A stretch of 43,920 nucleotides of DNA, counting the filler, from Jimgerdemannia flammicorona (lineage: Eukaryota): assembly GCA_003990765.1 (NCBI GenBank). It is 2 parts of 2 records of this genome, joined end to end, with 100 filler letters (N's around TTAATTAATTAA, not from the genome) between each part and the next. Parts side by side here need not be neighbours in the genome. Positions count along the whole stretch, not along the records: positions 1 to 21,912 come from RBNJ01001366.1; 1 more part is not named here. One strand, written 5' to 3'. Each line of letters begins with the position of its first letter. The stretch's first letter is position 1. Below are positions 1 to 11,750 of the stretch, piece by piece. The translations under genes and the position numbers were made by a program. The notes beneath the pieces were generated by a model. The model did no database searches. It was given only the letters and a program-made list of their open reading frames with translations, and was not told where the DNA came from.

Positions 1-347
1 GCAGGCTTACTAGTTCCTTTGCTATCTCTTTGCTTTTGAACTATTTCGATCTGAGGTTTATTCACTCGAAGATACTGGGTTATTTATACAAGTTTGCTAG
101 CTATGAGAGGGTGGCTAAGTAATAAATGAGTCATTTGGACTTTGTCGAAACATTTGGACAATGTCTAAATGCTATACTAAATCGGGGTATTCGATTTGGA
201 TAATATCTAAAATTTAGACAATGTCTAAGAAATTAGACAATGTTGAAATCGAGGACTGCTAACTATAATACTATACTACTTTGGAAATGGGTGTGATTAA
301 GTGTCTATTCCCTATTTCCTTCTTCCAAATCTGGCTGTACCGTCACA
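1..347 (-). repeat. 3' LTR of E1 (partial)
   Basis: Matches 6258-6604 without gaps (offset 6257); minus strand begins TGTGAC right after a purine tract. Confidence 0.95.
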
Positions 348-357
348 ACTTCCTCCT
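348..357 (-). promoter_or_regulatory. Polypurine tract of E1
   Basis: Minus strand AGGAGGAAGT directly abuts the LTR start TGTGACG. Confidence 0.8.
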
Positions 358-384
358 GAATGGATGGTCTCGTCCCTGAGGCAT

Positions 385-846
385 CTATTCAAACTCCCAG
401 GCTTCAACGGTCTGTATGGTCTTGTACTGTGTAATTTGCTGCATAACTGTTTCCCAATGATGTCTTCTCACTTTCTTGAAGTCGGTAGGGATTACTCCTC
501 TCAGGTGGTCTATCGCTGCTTCATCTTCTCGGAATAACTTGTGGATCCTTTTGGCAACAGTGATCTGTGAGTGGGAGAGTTGACACTCGGCAATCCAGTC
601 CTCCTTGGTCTTTGCTGGATCCTGATTGAGCACCTGTCCAAGCTTGAAGTACTCTTGGAATTCTGCATGATATTGATAGGCTCTAAAGTGTGAGATCTAA
701 GAGAGATGAGTCTGCACAATACTCTAAATATCCTCGTAGAATGGCTCTATGGTCGGAGGCTCAGTGGTGTGCCATTGTCTTTCGATGGCTCTTTGGGCAG
801 CACTAGTGATCTTGAGTGCCATCGCAGTACTTTTGTTACTGGCCAT
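385..846 (-). pseudogene. Accessory ORF3 of E1 (~153 aa, two in-frame TAG stops), unknown function
   Basis: ATG at 846 overlaps the end of pol. Manual translation MASNKSTAMALKITSAAQRAIER...EFQEYFKLGQVL...QLSHSQITVAKRIHKLF...; similar to the LTR ORF of E3. Confidence 0.8.
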
Positions 847-3800
847 GGTATTTCTTGAGTCGGTTTCGGTGAATGGTGGTGGGGATTATTGTGCCTGAGG
901 GTTTTCGCAGCCAAAAGGTGGTTCCTTTTATATCTTGCACAAGGTAAGGTCCTTCCCACTTGGGCTCCAGTTTTCGTGACCATGAAGCTTCAACCATATT
1001 CCGATACACCAGGACTTTGTCTCCTATCTTGATGATCTCCAAGGGTTTGTGGGTCTTTTCCGCATTTCTCTGTTGTAGTGTCTGTGCCTTGGTTATGTAA
1101 TCCTCAGCCTTCTTCCTGATTTGGTGTAGTCTCCATATTTCCGTGTCCACATGTTTCCATATGACATCTCCATTGGATGATAGGGTTCCTTGAGAATATT
1201 CTTCTCCAAACAGCATTTCTCGAGGGGTAAAGCAGGTGCTTTGTGATCGGATATCCCGGAGAGCAGATAATGCTATTGGTAGATAGTGATCCCAGTTCTC
1301 GTAGTTATCACAGATCTTGGCGATAACATTCTTGAGGGTTTTGTTGGTCCTTTCTACTTGTCCGTTTCCTTGAGGGTGATAGGCTGTGGTCCGAATGTGC
1401 TGGATCTTGTATTTCTTATAGAGAACTTCGAAGAACTGGTTCACGAATTCGGTTCCTCTATTTGTAGTTACTTGTGTTGGGGTCTTGAACTGGCAGATGA
1501 TTTCCTTGTGGAAGAAATCAGCAATTGACTGTACATTGGCTTCCATAAGGGGTCCTGCTTCTATCCACTTCATAAAAAGGTCTACGATGACAATGATGTA
1601 TCAGTTGCCAGTCAAAGTCAAGGGTAGGGGGCTGATTACATCCATTGCAATGTGGGCGAATGGTACTGGTTCTATGTGTACTAATCCTGGGGCCTGATTT
1701 CGTTGGTCTTGTTTCTGTTTCTGGCATTTGTTGCAGGTCTTGACAAATTGTCTGATATCTTCCTCCATCCCTGGCCACCATATTGTTCTCCTTGCCTTGT
1801 CGTATGTATTTGTTCCTCCTAGATGGCCAAGTTCATATACTGATTTCATTGCTTACTCCTTCTTGTGTTCTGGTATGACTAGTAGTTTTCCTTTCTTCAG
1901 TGTTTCTCCATCGGTTTCAAATTGTTTCCATGTCCTGTTGATAATCGTTTGTGTCCATTCTTCCAGATGTTGGGGCATCTTTCGCTGTCTCAGGTATGTG
2001 ATGATTTCATAGTAGAGCTCCTTATTTATGATTGATTTGTTGGTTGGAGGTAGTTTGAGGTGTCCATGAGAGAACATCTGCATTGGAATTTGTTCTTCCA
2101 GGGTGGTGCATGATGGTTACATCATAGGCTTGTAACTTCATTATCCATCTGGCATAGATTCCCTTGGATTGTCCGGTTGTCAGTAGCCAGGTGAGAGCTG
2201 AGTGGTCTGTCTGGATGGTGAAGTGTCTTCCAGCCAGATAGTAGTGGAACTTTTCCACAGCCCAGATGACTGCAAGGCATTCCAACTTGTAGGACTCATA
2301 TTCTTTTTCAGCTCCTCGGGTTCCGCGGCTAAGATATGCAATAACATACTCTTTTCTGTCTTCTTTTTGAGCCAGGATAGCTCCTAGTCCTTGTGCACTT
2401 GCATCTGTCTGAAGGATAAATTCTTGGGTCCAATTGGGTCGTCTGAGGATGGGTACCTGAGTTAGTCTGACCTTGAGTTCGTCAAATGCTTTTTGTTGTC
2501 TGCCAGTCCACTGGAACTTGATATCCTTCTTGTTGAGTTCGTAGATTGGGCCTGCGATGTTGGAGAATTCTCTAATGAATCTGCAATAGTAGGAGGCAAG
2601 TCCCATGAAGGCTTGGGCTTCTGTAATGGTAGTAGGCCTTGGGTATGCTGCTACTGCTTGTATTTTGAGGGGGTCCGTGTGTGTTCCATCTCGATTGATG
2701 ATATGGCCAAGATAGGAGAACTCGATTTCCACAAACTTACATTTCTTGGGTTTGATATAAAGGCCATGTTGTCTTAGTCTCTCCATTATCTGCTGTATGT
2801 GCTGCAGATGTTCCTCGGCCGTCTTGCTGTAGATGATTACATCATCAATATAGACCATCATCCATCTTCCCATATTGTAGCGGAAGATTTTGTTCATCAT
2901 TCGCTGAAAGCTTGCTGGTGCATTGCACATTCCGAATGGCATTCGTAGGTAGATGTAGGTTCCGTCTGGGGTAATGAAGGCTGACTTTTCACTTGCCATT
3001 TCTGTGAGTCCGATTTGGTGGAATTCTGAGTATAAGTCCAGGGTGCTGTAGTACTGTGCTTCGTCTCCCAGTGTTATAAGGATATCACTGATGAGCGGCA
3101 GTGGTTGGCGATCCTTCTTGGTGACTGCATTGAGCTTTCTGTAGTCGATACAGAGCCTTGGGGCGAATTCTCCAGGTTTGCTTCCTTTTTTCGGGGCTAG
3201 TACAACTGGTGAAGACCAGGGGCTACTGGCTTCTTTGATGATGCCGGCTTCTTCCATCTGCTTGATTTCTTCTCTGAGCCATTCTTGGTAGGCTGGCGGG
3301 ACAGGTCTTGCTTTCTGGTAAATTGGTTTGGTGTCTCCAGTATCTACCTCATGATAGTAGTATGGGGTCTTTCCCTTGATATCCTTGAAATCCGTGGCAA
3401 GGACATCCTCGAATTTGTAGAGTATTTTCTTGAGTTTCTCCTTGAGTGGGAATTCGTCTCCAATGGTGTAACTGTGCTTGCTTGTGTTTTCCTCCTTCTT
3501 ATGCTCGAGTTCAGTGATCTTGGTGCTGGAAAATACTCCTCTTCCTGTGGATCCGAATCCTTTCTTTCTTCTTTTCGTTTCCTCCAGATTCTTGACTTCT
3601 ATGATCCTTGGCTGTATGATTGGGAAGATCAATATCTGTGCTAATCGGTCCTTCTTTTTGACTGGGAATGGAATTGTAGAATTGTGGTTCCTAGCAATAA
3701 GTAGAATTTCTCCCATATAGTCTGAATCAATGACTCCTCCTTCGATTGTGATTTCGCTTCTAGCCAGACTGCTTCTTGTCTTGAGAATCCCGACTTGATC

Positions 3801-4964
3801 CTTTGGGATGGTCATCTCCAGTCCAGTTGCGAGTAGGGTGGTTGTCTGGGGTTCCAGTACAGTTTCTTCTACTGTAGCAATGTCCATTCCGGCTGCATTT
3901 TCTGACTTGTAATCTGGCAAGACTGTATCAGGGTGGATCCTTCGGATCTTGACCTTGATTTCTTCTTCATCGTCACTGTCCTCCAGGAGGGCTGGTGGTT
4001 CATCATCTTCCTCCTTCTCTTCTTCTCTGATCTGTTTTTCGAGAGCTTTCTGGCTTCTTTCCTGGTAGATCTTCCTGATTCCGATAGTGCACTGGTAGCA
4101 ATCGTTGACATGCTCTATACAGTACATCTTGATTCCATGAGGACAGACTCCTTGTGGGGTATAGCCTTCGGCAATCTTCTTGCACCATTCTTCTTCACTC
4201 ATCCATCCAACTTTCTTCTTCTTTGGGGTAGTCACCATATAAGCTTCCTCTTGCTCACTCTCTTCTTCCTCCATATTGGGCAGAACTCTTTTGTTGACAT
4301 TGATGGGAATTCGTATCTTCTGTCCCTGATAAGTGATTTGTATCTTCTGGGTGTTGAGATCGATTACCGCCTTGGCTTTGTGAAGCCATTGATTGCCGAT
4401 GAGGATGTCATAGTTGGTGGCATTGGTTATGATTATATCTACTGGGATTGTTGCTCCTCCGATCTTGATGGGGACATCTCAGATCTTTCCCAGAGGTGTG
4501 GCTCTTGTGCCATCGGCTGTGACAAATACTAGCTTGGTTGCTTCTTCCACATCCCAACCTAGGCGGTCTGCTGCTTTCTTACTGAGGAGACATCCTCCTG
4601 CTCCTGTATCAATGATGGCCTCGAAGACTTGATCCTCAATTTGGCATGTTGCATAAGCGGAGGTTTTGCAATTGTTCTCACTTTCTTCTCCTGAGTCCTC
4701 TTGAACATTATTGGCCTCGGTTATCTTCCATCCTTGTTCCTTGGTTGTTTTGGCAAGTCCAAACCTCATTTGCTATCTGAATGTTGGGATTTCTGCGAGC
4801 TGACCAAAGGTTGCATTGACCTTTTGTTGACTGAGATCCTTGAAGATATCATACTTGAAGGTCTTGGTCTTGCAAAGCTTCTTTTCTTTTTCTCCTTCAC
4901 TGGCTGGAGTGGTTCCTCGGATGATATCTTGAACTGCTTGCTCTAGCTTGATATCCTGGTCCAT
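836..4964 (-). pseudogene. pol: pol of E1: aspartic protease, dUTPase, RT, RNase H, integrase (stops plus one frameshift near 2050-2080)
   Basis: AIIDTGAG (ORF 4479-4769); RLCIDYRKLN, YLRMPFG, VYIDD, LQTDAS, IQTDH (ORF 2022-4274); GHLG..WWPGM..CNKCQ (1601-1849); TAYHPQGNGQVER and WEGPY (836-1573). Confidence 0.97.
3543..3959 (-). other. dUTPase domain in E1 pol, between PR and RT
   Basis: Five trimeric dUTPase motifs: AGMDI, RSSLA, GVIDSDYMGEI, RLAQ, RRKKGFGSTG. Confidence 0.95.
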
Positions 4965-6013
4965 CTCTTTGGCTTAACTTTCTGTGGCAGTTTCCATCTG
5001 CTTTTCCACTGGGTTCTTCTTGGGTCTTCCTGGCAGTCTCTTGTAGGGTTCTTTGCGAACATCCTTCTTGGTGGTCTGAGCAGATAGGCCTCCCATTCTT
5101 CTTCATCAGAATCTCCGATCTCCTTGAAGGTAATTATATTGGCCTGCTCCTTGTTTCATATGGCATTGCTTGGTTGAGCCTTGCATTTGGTTTCACTCAT
5201 ACATTCATAGGAGTAGTGGCCTTCTTCTCCACAGCTGTAGTAGGTGCCTTTCTTCTTGTCTGAGGTGGCAGCAAACTTCTGAACAGGGCAGCGATCTCTT
5301 TCTCAGATTTCCTTTACCACATCTCCCAGGTGGGCAGTCATTTCAGCAAACCTTTTGGCAAGTTCCTCCATAGGGTCGCTGTTCTTTTGCTGCTCAGTAG
5401 CTTTTGGCTGAGGTGTGTTTCGATTGATCATTGTGGTGGGGATCACACTAGTTGCCTTGGGTGCCTCGATTCTGACTCCTGTAACTCTTTCCATTGTATG
5501 GTCTTGTGGGTGTCTGGCTGTCCAGTATCGCTGAGCATAGGTGACCCTCTGTAGTAGATCCAGAATCACTGGTGATGAGCGGATGGCCATGGCTATTTCT
5601 GGATGGACTCCTTTCATGAAGGTTGCTTCAGCTACTTGATCTTGGGTAGCAGCAGCATAATCTGCAAGAATTATCTGATATCGAATTCTGGTATAGAATG
5701 TATTTGGATCCTCACTCATTCCTTGGTACATTGTGTTGAGCTGATCCTTCAGGGCTTGCTTGATCTTGTCTGTGTAATATGTGTTTTGGAGCCAGGTCTT
5801 CTGTGCTGTCAGTACAGCATCGGCATCATTTCCTGCATGGGTTGCGGCTGTGAATACTGCTCTGGCAGGGCCTCATAGGCTAAAGGGCATGAGGGCTACT
5901 TGCTGTGCTGCTGTCAGAGTCCTTACGGCAGCATACTGCTCAAAATCATCAATGAAGGTGATGATTGATTCATCTGAGGTATATCCATGGAATACTGGCA
6001 GTCTCATATCCAT
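4945..6013 (-). pseudogene. gag: gag of E1
   Basis: RLPVFHG...FIDDFE capsid-like start, QG..E....FY.R motif, FMKGV, and degenerate zinc knuckle YYSCGEEGHYSYEC (~5200-5245). Boundaries approximate. Confidence 0.85.
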
Positions 6014-6110
6014 CTTGTCTGGATATTGGAGCTCGGTTTGTATAGTTGTTCGGGTAGTGGCGGTTGTTCATTGTTCAGCTTGAAAGTGAGGGATTCATCT
6101 TGAATCACCA

Positions 6111-6124
6111 GCCAATGGGCACCA
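6111..6124 (-). promoter_or_regulatory. Primer-binding site of E1
   Basis: Minus strand ...TTACA-ACT-TGGTGCCCATTGGC: TGG begins 3 nt after the 5' LTR. Cognate tRNA not assigned. Confidence 0.75.
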
Positions 6125-6127
6125 AGT

Positions 6128-6604
6128 TGTAACGTAGTGGATACTTACTCTTGAAAGTACATTGGATTTCTGTATCTTGAAAACTTGACTGTTCTGACTC
6201 TCGCAGAGTTTCTTGAAGTTGCAGGGGAGGGTGGGTGAGTTCGAAGTGTATCTGCTCGCAGGCTTACTAGTTCCTTTGCTATCTCTTTGCTTTTGAACTA
6301 TTTCGATCTGAGGTTTATTCACTTAAAGATACTGGGTTATTTATACAAGTTTGCTAGCTATGAGAAGGTGGCTAAGTAATAAATGAGTCATTTGGACTTT
6401 GTCGAAATATTTGGACAATGTCTAAATACTATACTAAATCGGGGTATTCGATTTGGATAATGTCTAAAATTTAGACAATATCTAAGAAATTAGACAATAT
6501 TGAAATTGAGGACTGCTAACTATAATGCTATACTACTTTGGGAATGGGTGCAATCAAGTGTCTATTCCCTATTTCCTTCTTCCAAATCTGGCTGTATTGT
6601 CACA
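6128..6604 (-). repeat. 5' LTR of E1 (477 bp)
   Basis: TGT...ACA termini; minus-strand TATAAATA (~6338-6345) and AATAAA (~6314-6319). Confidence 0.93.
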
Positions 6605-7460
6605 ATATTCAAAATACTTATAAAATATAATATATATAATCTACTTATAAATAAGAGATATTAATATATATATGTAAATATAATATAGTAAGGGAGACTT
6701 TTGAAAGCCTGAAAAATATCTTATAATCAACTGCTAGACTTTGTCAAAATATAGATATAGAGGGCATATTATTTTATAATATTTAAAAAAGTCTTATTTC
6801 TTTAATATATTGCTCAAACTTTAGCTTTAGAGAGTTTTTATATATAAGTAAATCAGTGATCATGTACTCTGTAGAGATATATTCTAAATATATAGTAACA
6901 TTTTCTATATATTTCTATATAAAATTATATTATATATCAATATATTTTATTCTACTATAATGTACTAAGTTCTTAGCAAATGTTATTATTGACTAATTAT
7001 CTTGTTTAATTAGTATAGAGTTCTTTTGAGTGAAGTTGAGCTCTTTTAATAATTCATAGAGCTATATATAGCTTCTTTTATTACTATTGGTAATATCTAA
7101 TACTTTGTCTATATTGATAATATTGTTATAAAACTCTACTTATATATCTACTATAAGATGACAGATCTTTTACTGATATGGAAGAGGTACCTACTTATAG
7201 ATTAGTGATTATTAAGATTATCTACCCAATTGATATTATATATATCAAATAGCTAGATGTCATTTCTCTTATTATTTCTCTTACTTAATCTAATATTACT
7301 ATCATTCAATATAAGTATATAGTATATTATACTTTTAAGATATCTAAATATTCTCTTAATATATAGTACTCCAATGTAAATTATTATAGTAAAAGAAATA
7401 CTATACTATTTTATTCATAACATATAATATATTGGGCCTTATTTCTAGTATAAGATATAT
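6605..7460. other. Very AT-rich, CpG-free stretch, probably a heavily mutated TE relic
   Basis: TpA-rich with no ORFs; family not recognisable. Confidence 0.45.
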
Positions 7461-7699
7461 AAGGGAACTGATCCAATCTTTCTCTGATAACATTCAGGTT
7501 ATACAACCTTCTAATAATACTCATAACATAGTTTTTAGAGAGAAGATACTAGTAATATAGTGAGCAATAAGTATTTTGAGATACATACTGGGTAGGGAGA
7601 CCTAAGTACATTCAACTGACAATATGTAGGAAGGGGCCCTGGCTTGGAAGTAGTACTCTGAACAAGTTAATTTGAATCAAATCTGGATTCAATTTGTCA

Positions 7700-7955
7700 C
7701 ATAACAGTTTGATCTGAATCTCAAATCTGAAGCCATCCAAATCATCCCATCCAAATCACCCATCTGAACTACTCTAATCTGAATTACTCAATCTGAATTA
7801 CTCAATCTGAATCACTCAATCTGAATCACTCAATTCCAATTACTCAATCTGAATCCTCCAATTTGAATCCTCCAATTTGAATTCTCCAATTCAAATCCTT
7901 TAATCTGAATTCTCATCTGAATCCTTCAACCAAATCCTCTAATCCAAATCCTCCA
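7700..7955. repeat. hAT subterminal tandem repeats (~14-bp unit CTCAATCTGAATYA)
   Basis: Many imperfect copies; related ATCTGG/ATCC motifs at 13930-14045. Confidence 0.85.
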
Positions 7956-8149
7956 CATGACTCATATATCAGATGCATCCACAATACAGTACACACATAT
8001 ATACATATACATGTATATGTAAACATGCAAACATACATGTCAACAGATCAGTCTTCAACAGTTCACAGTACCAATGATGCTTTAAGTCAAACATCCCTGA
8101 TAGCTCCACACCTTCTACACAATCCTTGCTCTGAAATCTAGCAATATTG

Positions 8150-10620
8150 TGCTAAGATAGGATATGATGTTGTTTGTAATTATTGCAGGTAAAAAATTAA
8201 GATGCACCTATTGATACTTTTTGTTTATTTTGATACATACATGATATTGTTTCATCTACCCCCATGAACTGCATCAGCCAGAAGTTCAAAATACTTGGGG
8301 GTATAACTTTGAACATGAATCAATACATAAAAGACAAGCACTCTGACAAAATCAAAAAGAACACAAAGACAAATAAAATTGACATCCAAGCTGTGATGGG
8401 TATGTTTATCTGATTGCCCGACCATTTCTGTATCAACAATGCTGTTTAATCAAAAATATTTAGCCATACTCTTCAAAATCAGCTCATTCGCTAGATTGTG
8501 TATACAGACCAGCCATTCACAACCATTGAGAGTGATCAATTGTATAGCATCTTTGGCCTCCTCAAGCATGATTTATATTTGCCAAGTACCAATACTATTT
8601 GCAAAGATGTCCTAGAGGCCTATAGGAAGGAGTATGACAATCTCCACCAGATACTTCAGATAAAATAAGAGCAGTACCATGACCTTTATAAGCTGAATTA
8701 TATAAAAGAGCTCACCAATTTAACCTCATATTCCATAAGCAGAATTTGGCAGACAAAATTTTGTTTACAATCGATACATGGACATCCCCCAATGCAATTT
8801 TGTTTCTGAGTATTACTGGTCATTTGATTGACCTCAATTGATAGCTTAAATCTCTCACCCTTGACTTTGTCAAACTTGCTGGCTCTCATTCTGGAGACAA
8901 CATCATAGATACTTTTATTAGTTGTATCCAGGAGCTTGGGATTACCACCAAGGTAAAAAAGGGGGGCTTGCTGCAGGTTGGCATTTTGAGAGAGGTCCTA
9001 AACCAAATCAGATTTTATTGGTTATTTATTTTCACATAAATTCACTGACTGAATATTTCAAGTACAGATTTTGGCCATTATGATGGATAATACCACAAAT
9101 AACTCAACATTTTTCAAAGTTTTAGTGGCCAGCCTCAAACAGGAAAATGTGGCCTTTGGTGCAGAAAGCTGCCATGTGCAATGCTAGGCCCACATACTGA
9201 ATCTCACTGTTTAGGACTATCTTATATACATAGACAAAACATCTGAGAGAGGAGGGGCCCTGAGTATAATTTTCAAGCTGTACAACCTGGTTATGTCAGT
9301 CTGATCATCCCCACAATGATGAGACAAATTCACTGCACAGTGTAGGGCAATCAGTTTAGCCCTGAAAGAGCTTATATTGGATATCTATATGTATTGGAAC
9401 TCAACATTTGCAATGATCTAGCATGTGCTGGAGTTTGCTGTAGTATATATCCTTTTTTTCTTCAGTCAGCTGAAGTAACTTGTTTCAAATGATTGAAGAT
9501 TTATTTAAAAAAAAAAAAAAAAAAAAAGCCAATAGATTCAACAGTGGCTGCCAATAAGGAAATATAGGCCAAGGCTCTAGGTGAAAGTGAGTGGGATGTA
9601 CTTAGAAATATTGTCAGAGTTTTGGAAGTAAGTGGTGATTACTCTGGCTCTACACTTATTTTGTTAGCCTCTATACTTGTTTTGTCTGCCTCTGCACAAT
9701 GCAACACCTCACCACATATAACTGCCAGTGTTTCAATGATTGTATGAAGGATATAGTCAAACAAATGATCCTGACAATAAGCTCAGCAATACCAGTATAT
9801 AACCTTCTGATTGACCGGCTAGAGAACAAGCTCAAGGACAGGCTGAAGGATTGCAATGATTTACGGTTGAGCCTGGATCAGAGAGATGTCATAGATATTG
9901 CTCTTAGCAAGCTCAGAAAGTACTACTCCCAAACAGATACTGCTGTATACTCAATCAGTACAGGTATATCGATGTCGATGTCAGTATGTAGCCATTGCCC
10001 CTTCCAAAACAGAGAAACCCTCACAAAAACTCACTCTCTCCTCTCTTTCGAACAGTGCTGGACCCATGCTTAAAGCTACAATACTATAAAGATCAGGGCT
10101 GGGAGCAGTACTTCATTGAGAGAACTAAGCAGGCCATAATCGAAGTGTACTGGAAAAACTATGTGCCACCACAAGGTTCTGGCTGAAGTCTGGATGAATA
10201 TGCTAAGAGATCCCTCCTGTCCCACATTTACTTCAGCAGAAAGAGAAAGAGGGAGCCATCAGTAGAAGAGCTGCCATCAATAGACAAACTTACCATTTAC
10301 CTTGCCAGCGACCATATAATCCTGCTGGAGGGTGCAGAGGTGCTCAACTGGTGGAAGGTAGATTGTCAGGTGGGCATTGGGCCAATTTAACCCCCCAATC
10401 TAACCACTGCTCTACCTACCGGAGCATGCAGCTGTGTCAAATGGACTTCCCCAGCCTGTGTAGCATGGCTCAGGACTACCTGGCAATTCCTGCCTCCAGC
10501 GCTCCTGTCGAGTGAGTGTTCTCAGGTAGGGTGGACCTTGTTGCCCCAAAGAGGTGTGCGCTGAATGCTGAGACAATCTGGGTGTATATGTGTCTGAAGT
10601 CTTGGTGGGGCTTGGGCCGC
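8150..10620 (+). pseudogene. hAT transposase, multi-exon, decayed
   Basis: Manual translation: CNYC (BED-like), QPFTTIE, IDTWTS, GSHSGDNI, DNTTNN, C*AHILNL, YWNST, KLRKYY, VLDP, LNWWK, and DYLAIPASSAPVE*VFS (hAT dimerisation region). Segments separated by GT-AG introns; ends approximate. Confidence 0.93.
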
Positions 10621-10779
10621 TAAAATTCAGTAGGTCCTGGGGGTTCATGGATAAGTTGGTTGGCCTTGTGGAATATTTAATATCTTTCAAAATAATAAAA
10701 AGGTAAAAAACCCTGAGAACTCAGCCCAGAGTTTGTGGCCCAAGTGGGCAGCAGTCAGCAGGGTTGGCGGTGGCAGCAG

Positions 10780-11400
10780 AGAGAGTGCACAATGTTTGCA
10801 GCCCTCTGCCAGTAGCAAGGAGCAGCCCCAAGCTATCAGTGCCTGGGTTGGTGGGCAGATCAGCAGAGAGAGCATATAAAATTTGTGGCCCTCCGCTGGC
10901 AGCAAGGGGCAGCCCTAAGCCGCAAGTGTCCCAGTTGGGGGGGTTGGTGGAGGGAGCATGCAAAACTTGCAGTCCTCCATCAGTAGTGAGGGGCAGCCCC
11001 AAGCTGTCAGCACTCAGGTCAGTGGGCAGGGTCAGTCAGCAGGGTTGGTGGGTGTGGGGTCGGTGGAGGGAGTACACAAAATTTGCAGCCCTTCACTGGC
11101 AGCAAGGGGCAGCCCCAAGCTGCAAGTGTCCAGGATGGGTGGGGCAGGTGGAGGGAGCATGCAAAATTTGTAGCTCTCTGCCAGCAGCGAGGGGCAGCCC
11201 CAAGCTATCAGCACCTGGGTCAGTAGGCAGGGTTGGTGGGTGCAGGGTCAGCAAGAGAGCATGCAAAATTTGCAACCCTCTGCCAGCAGCAAGGGGCAGC
11301 CCCAAGCTGCAAGTATCTGGGACAGGTGGGGCAGGTAGAGGGAGTATGCAAAATTTGCAGCCCTCTGCCAGTAGTGTAGGGGCAGCCCCAAGCCACCAAG
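10780..11400. repeat. Imperfect tandem array, 7 copies of core GCAAAATTTGCAGCCCTCTGCCAGCAGCAAGGGGCAGCCCCAAGCT
   Basis: Cores near 10790, 10875, 10960, 11075, 11160, 11262 and 11347, with G-rich linkers of two related types. Confidence 0.9.
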
Positions 11401-11629
11401 GAGTCTGGAGTAGAGGGTGCTTCTGGCAGTTAGAGGGTACTTCTGGCAGTCAGAGGGCATTTCCAGCAGTCAAAGTCTACCGCAGATTCAGGTCCCGTCA
11501 CCAGTTCAGGTCCCATAGGCACCCTGGCCCTATACTGCAGCACTGTACCAGCAGTACTGTAGAGTAGGGCCAAGGGGCCGGTAGGGCCCTGAATAATGGC
11601 TAAACTAGTGCTACAGAAGAGGTATCTGG

Positions 11630-11735
11630 CCCAACCCCCTACAAAAGACTGCCCAACCTATATAAAATGACTGCCTAACCCTCACAAAAGACTGCCTATC
11701 CCTTACGAAAGATTGCCTAACCCTCACAAAAACTG
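11630..11735. repeat. ~21-bp tandem repeat (CCCTCACAAAAGACTGCCTAA) x5
   Basis: Directly visible just past the cargo-gene stop. Confidence 0.85.
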
Positions 11736-11750
11736 CTCCACCTGCCAGTC

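Larger units (their letters stand above)
1..6604 (-). mobile_element. Ty3/Gypsy LTR retrotransposon E1 (gag, PR-dUTPase-RT-RH-IN, accessory ORF3), decayed; 3' LTR cut by window edge
   Basis: Direct repeats 1-347 and 6258-6604; PBS and PPT next to the LTRs; domain order PR(DTGA)-RT(YIDD)-RH(DAS)-IN on the minus strand. Confidence 0.97.

Noticed and set aside
385..846. ORF3 or the LTR ORF as an env gene
   Set aside because: No signal peptide, transmembrane helix or fusion-protein features.
1286..6083. Many short plus-strand ORFs over E1 (likewise over E2, E3 and the LINEs)
   Set aside because: Antisense shadows of TE coding sequence with no independent support.
10764..11567. 267-aa repetitive ORF, and CRISPR-like appearance of the array
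   Set aside because: The ORF just reads through a GC-rich tandem repeat. The linkers are related to each other rather than unique spacers, there are no cas genes, and the context is eukaryotic.
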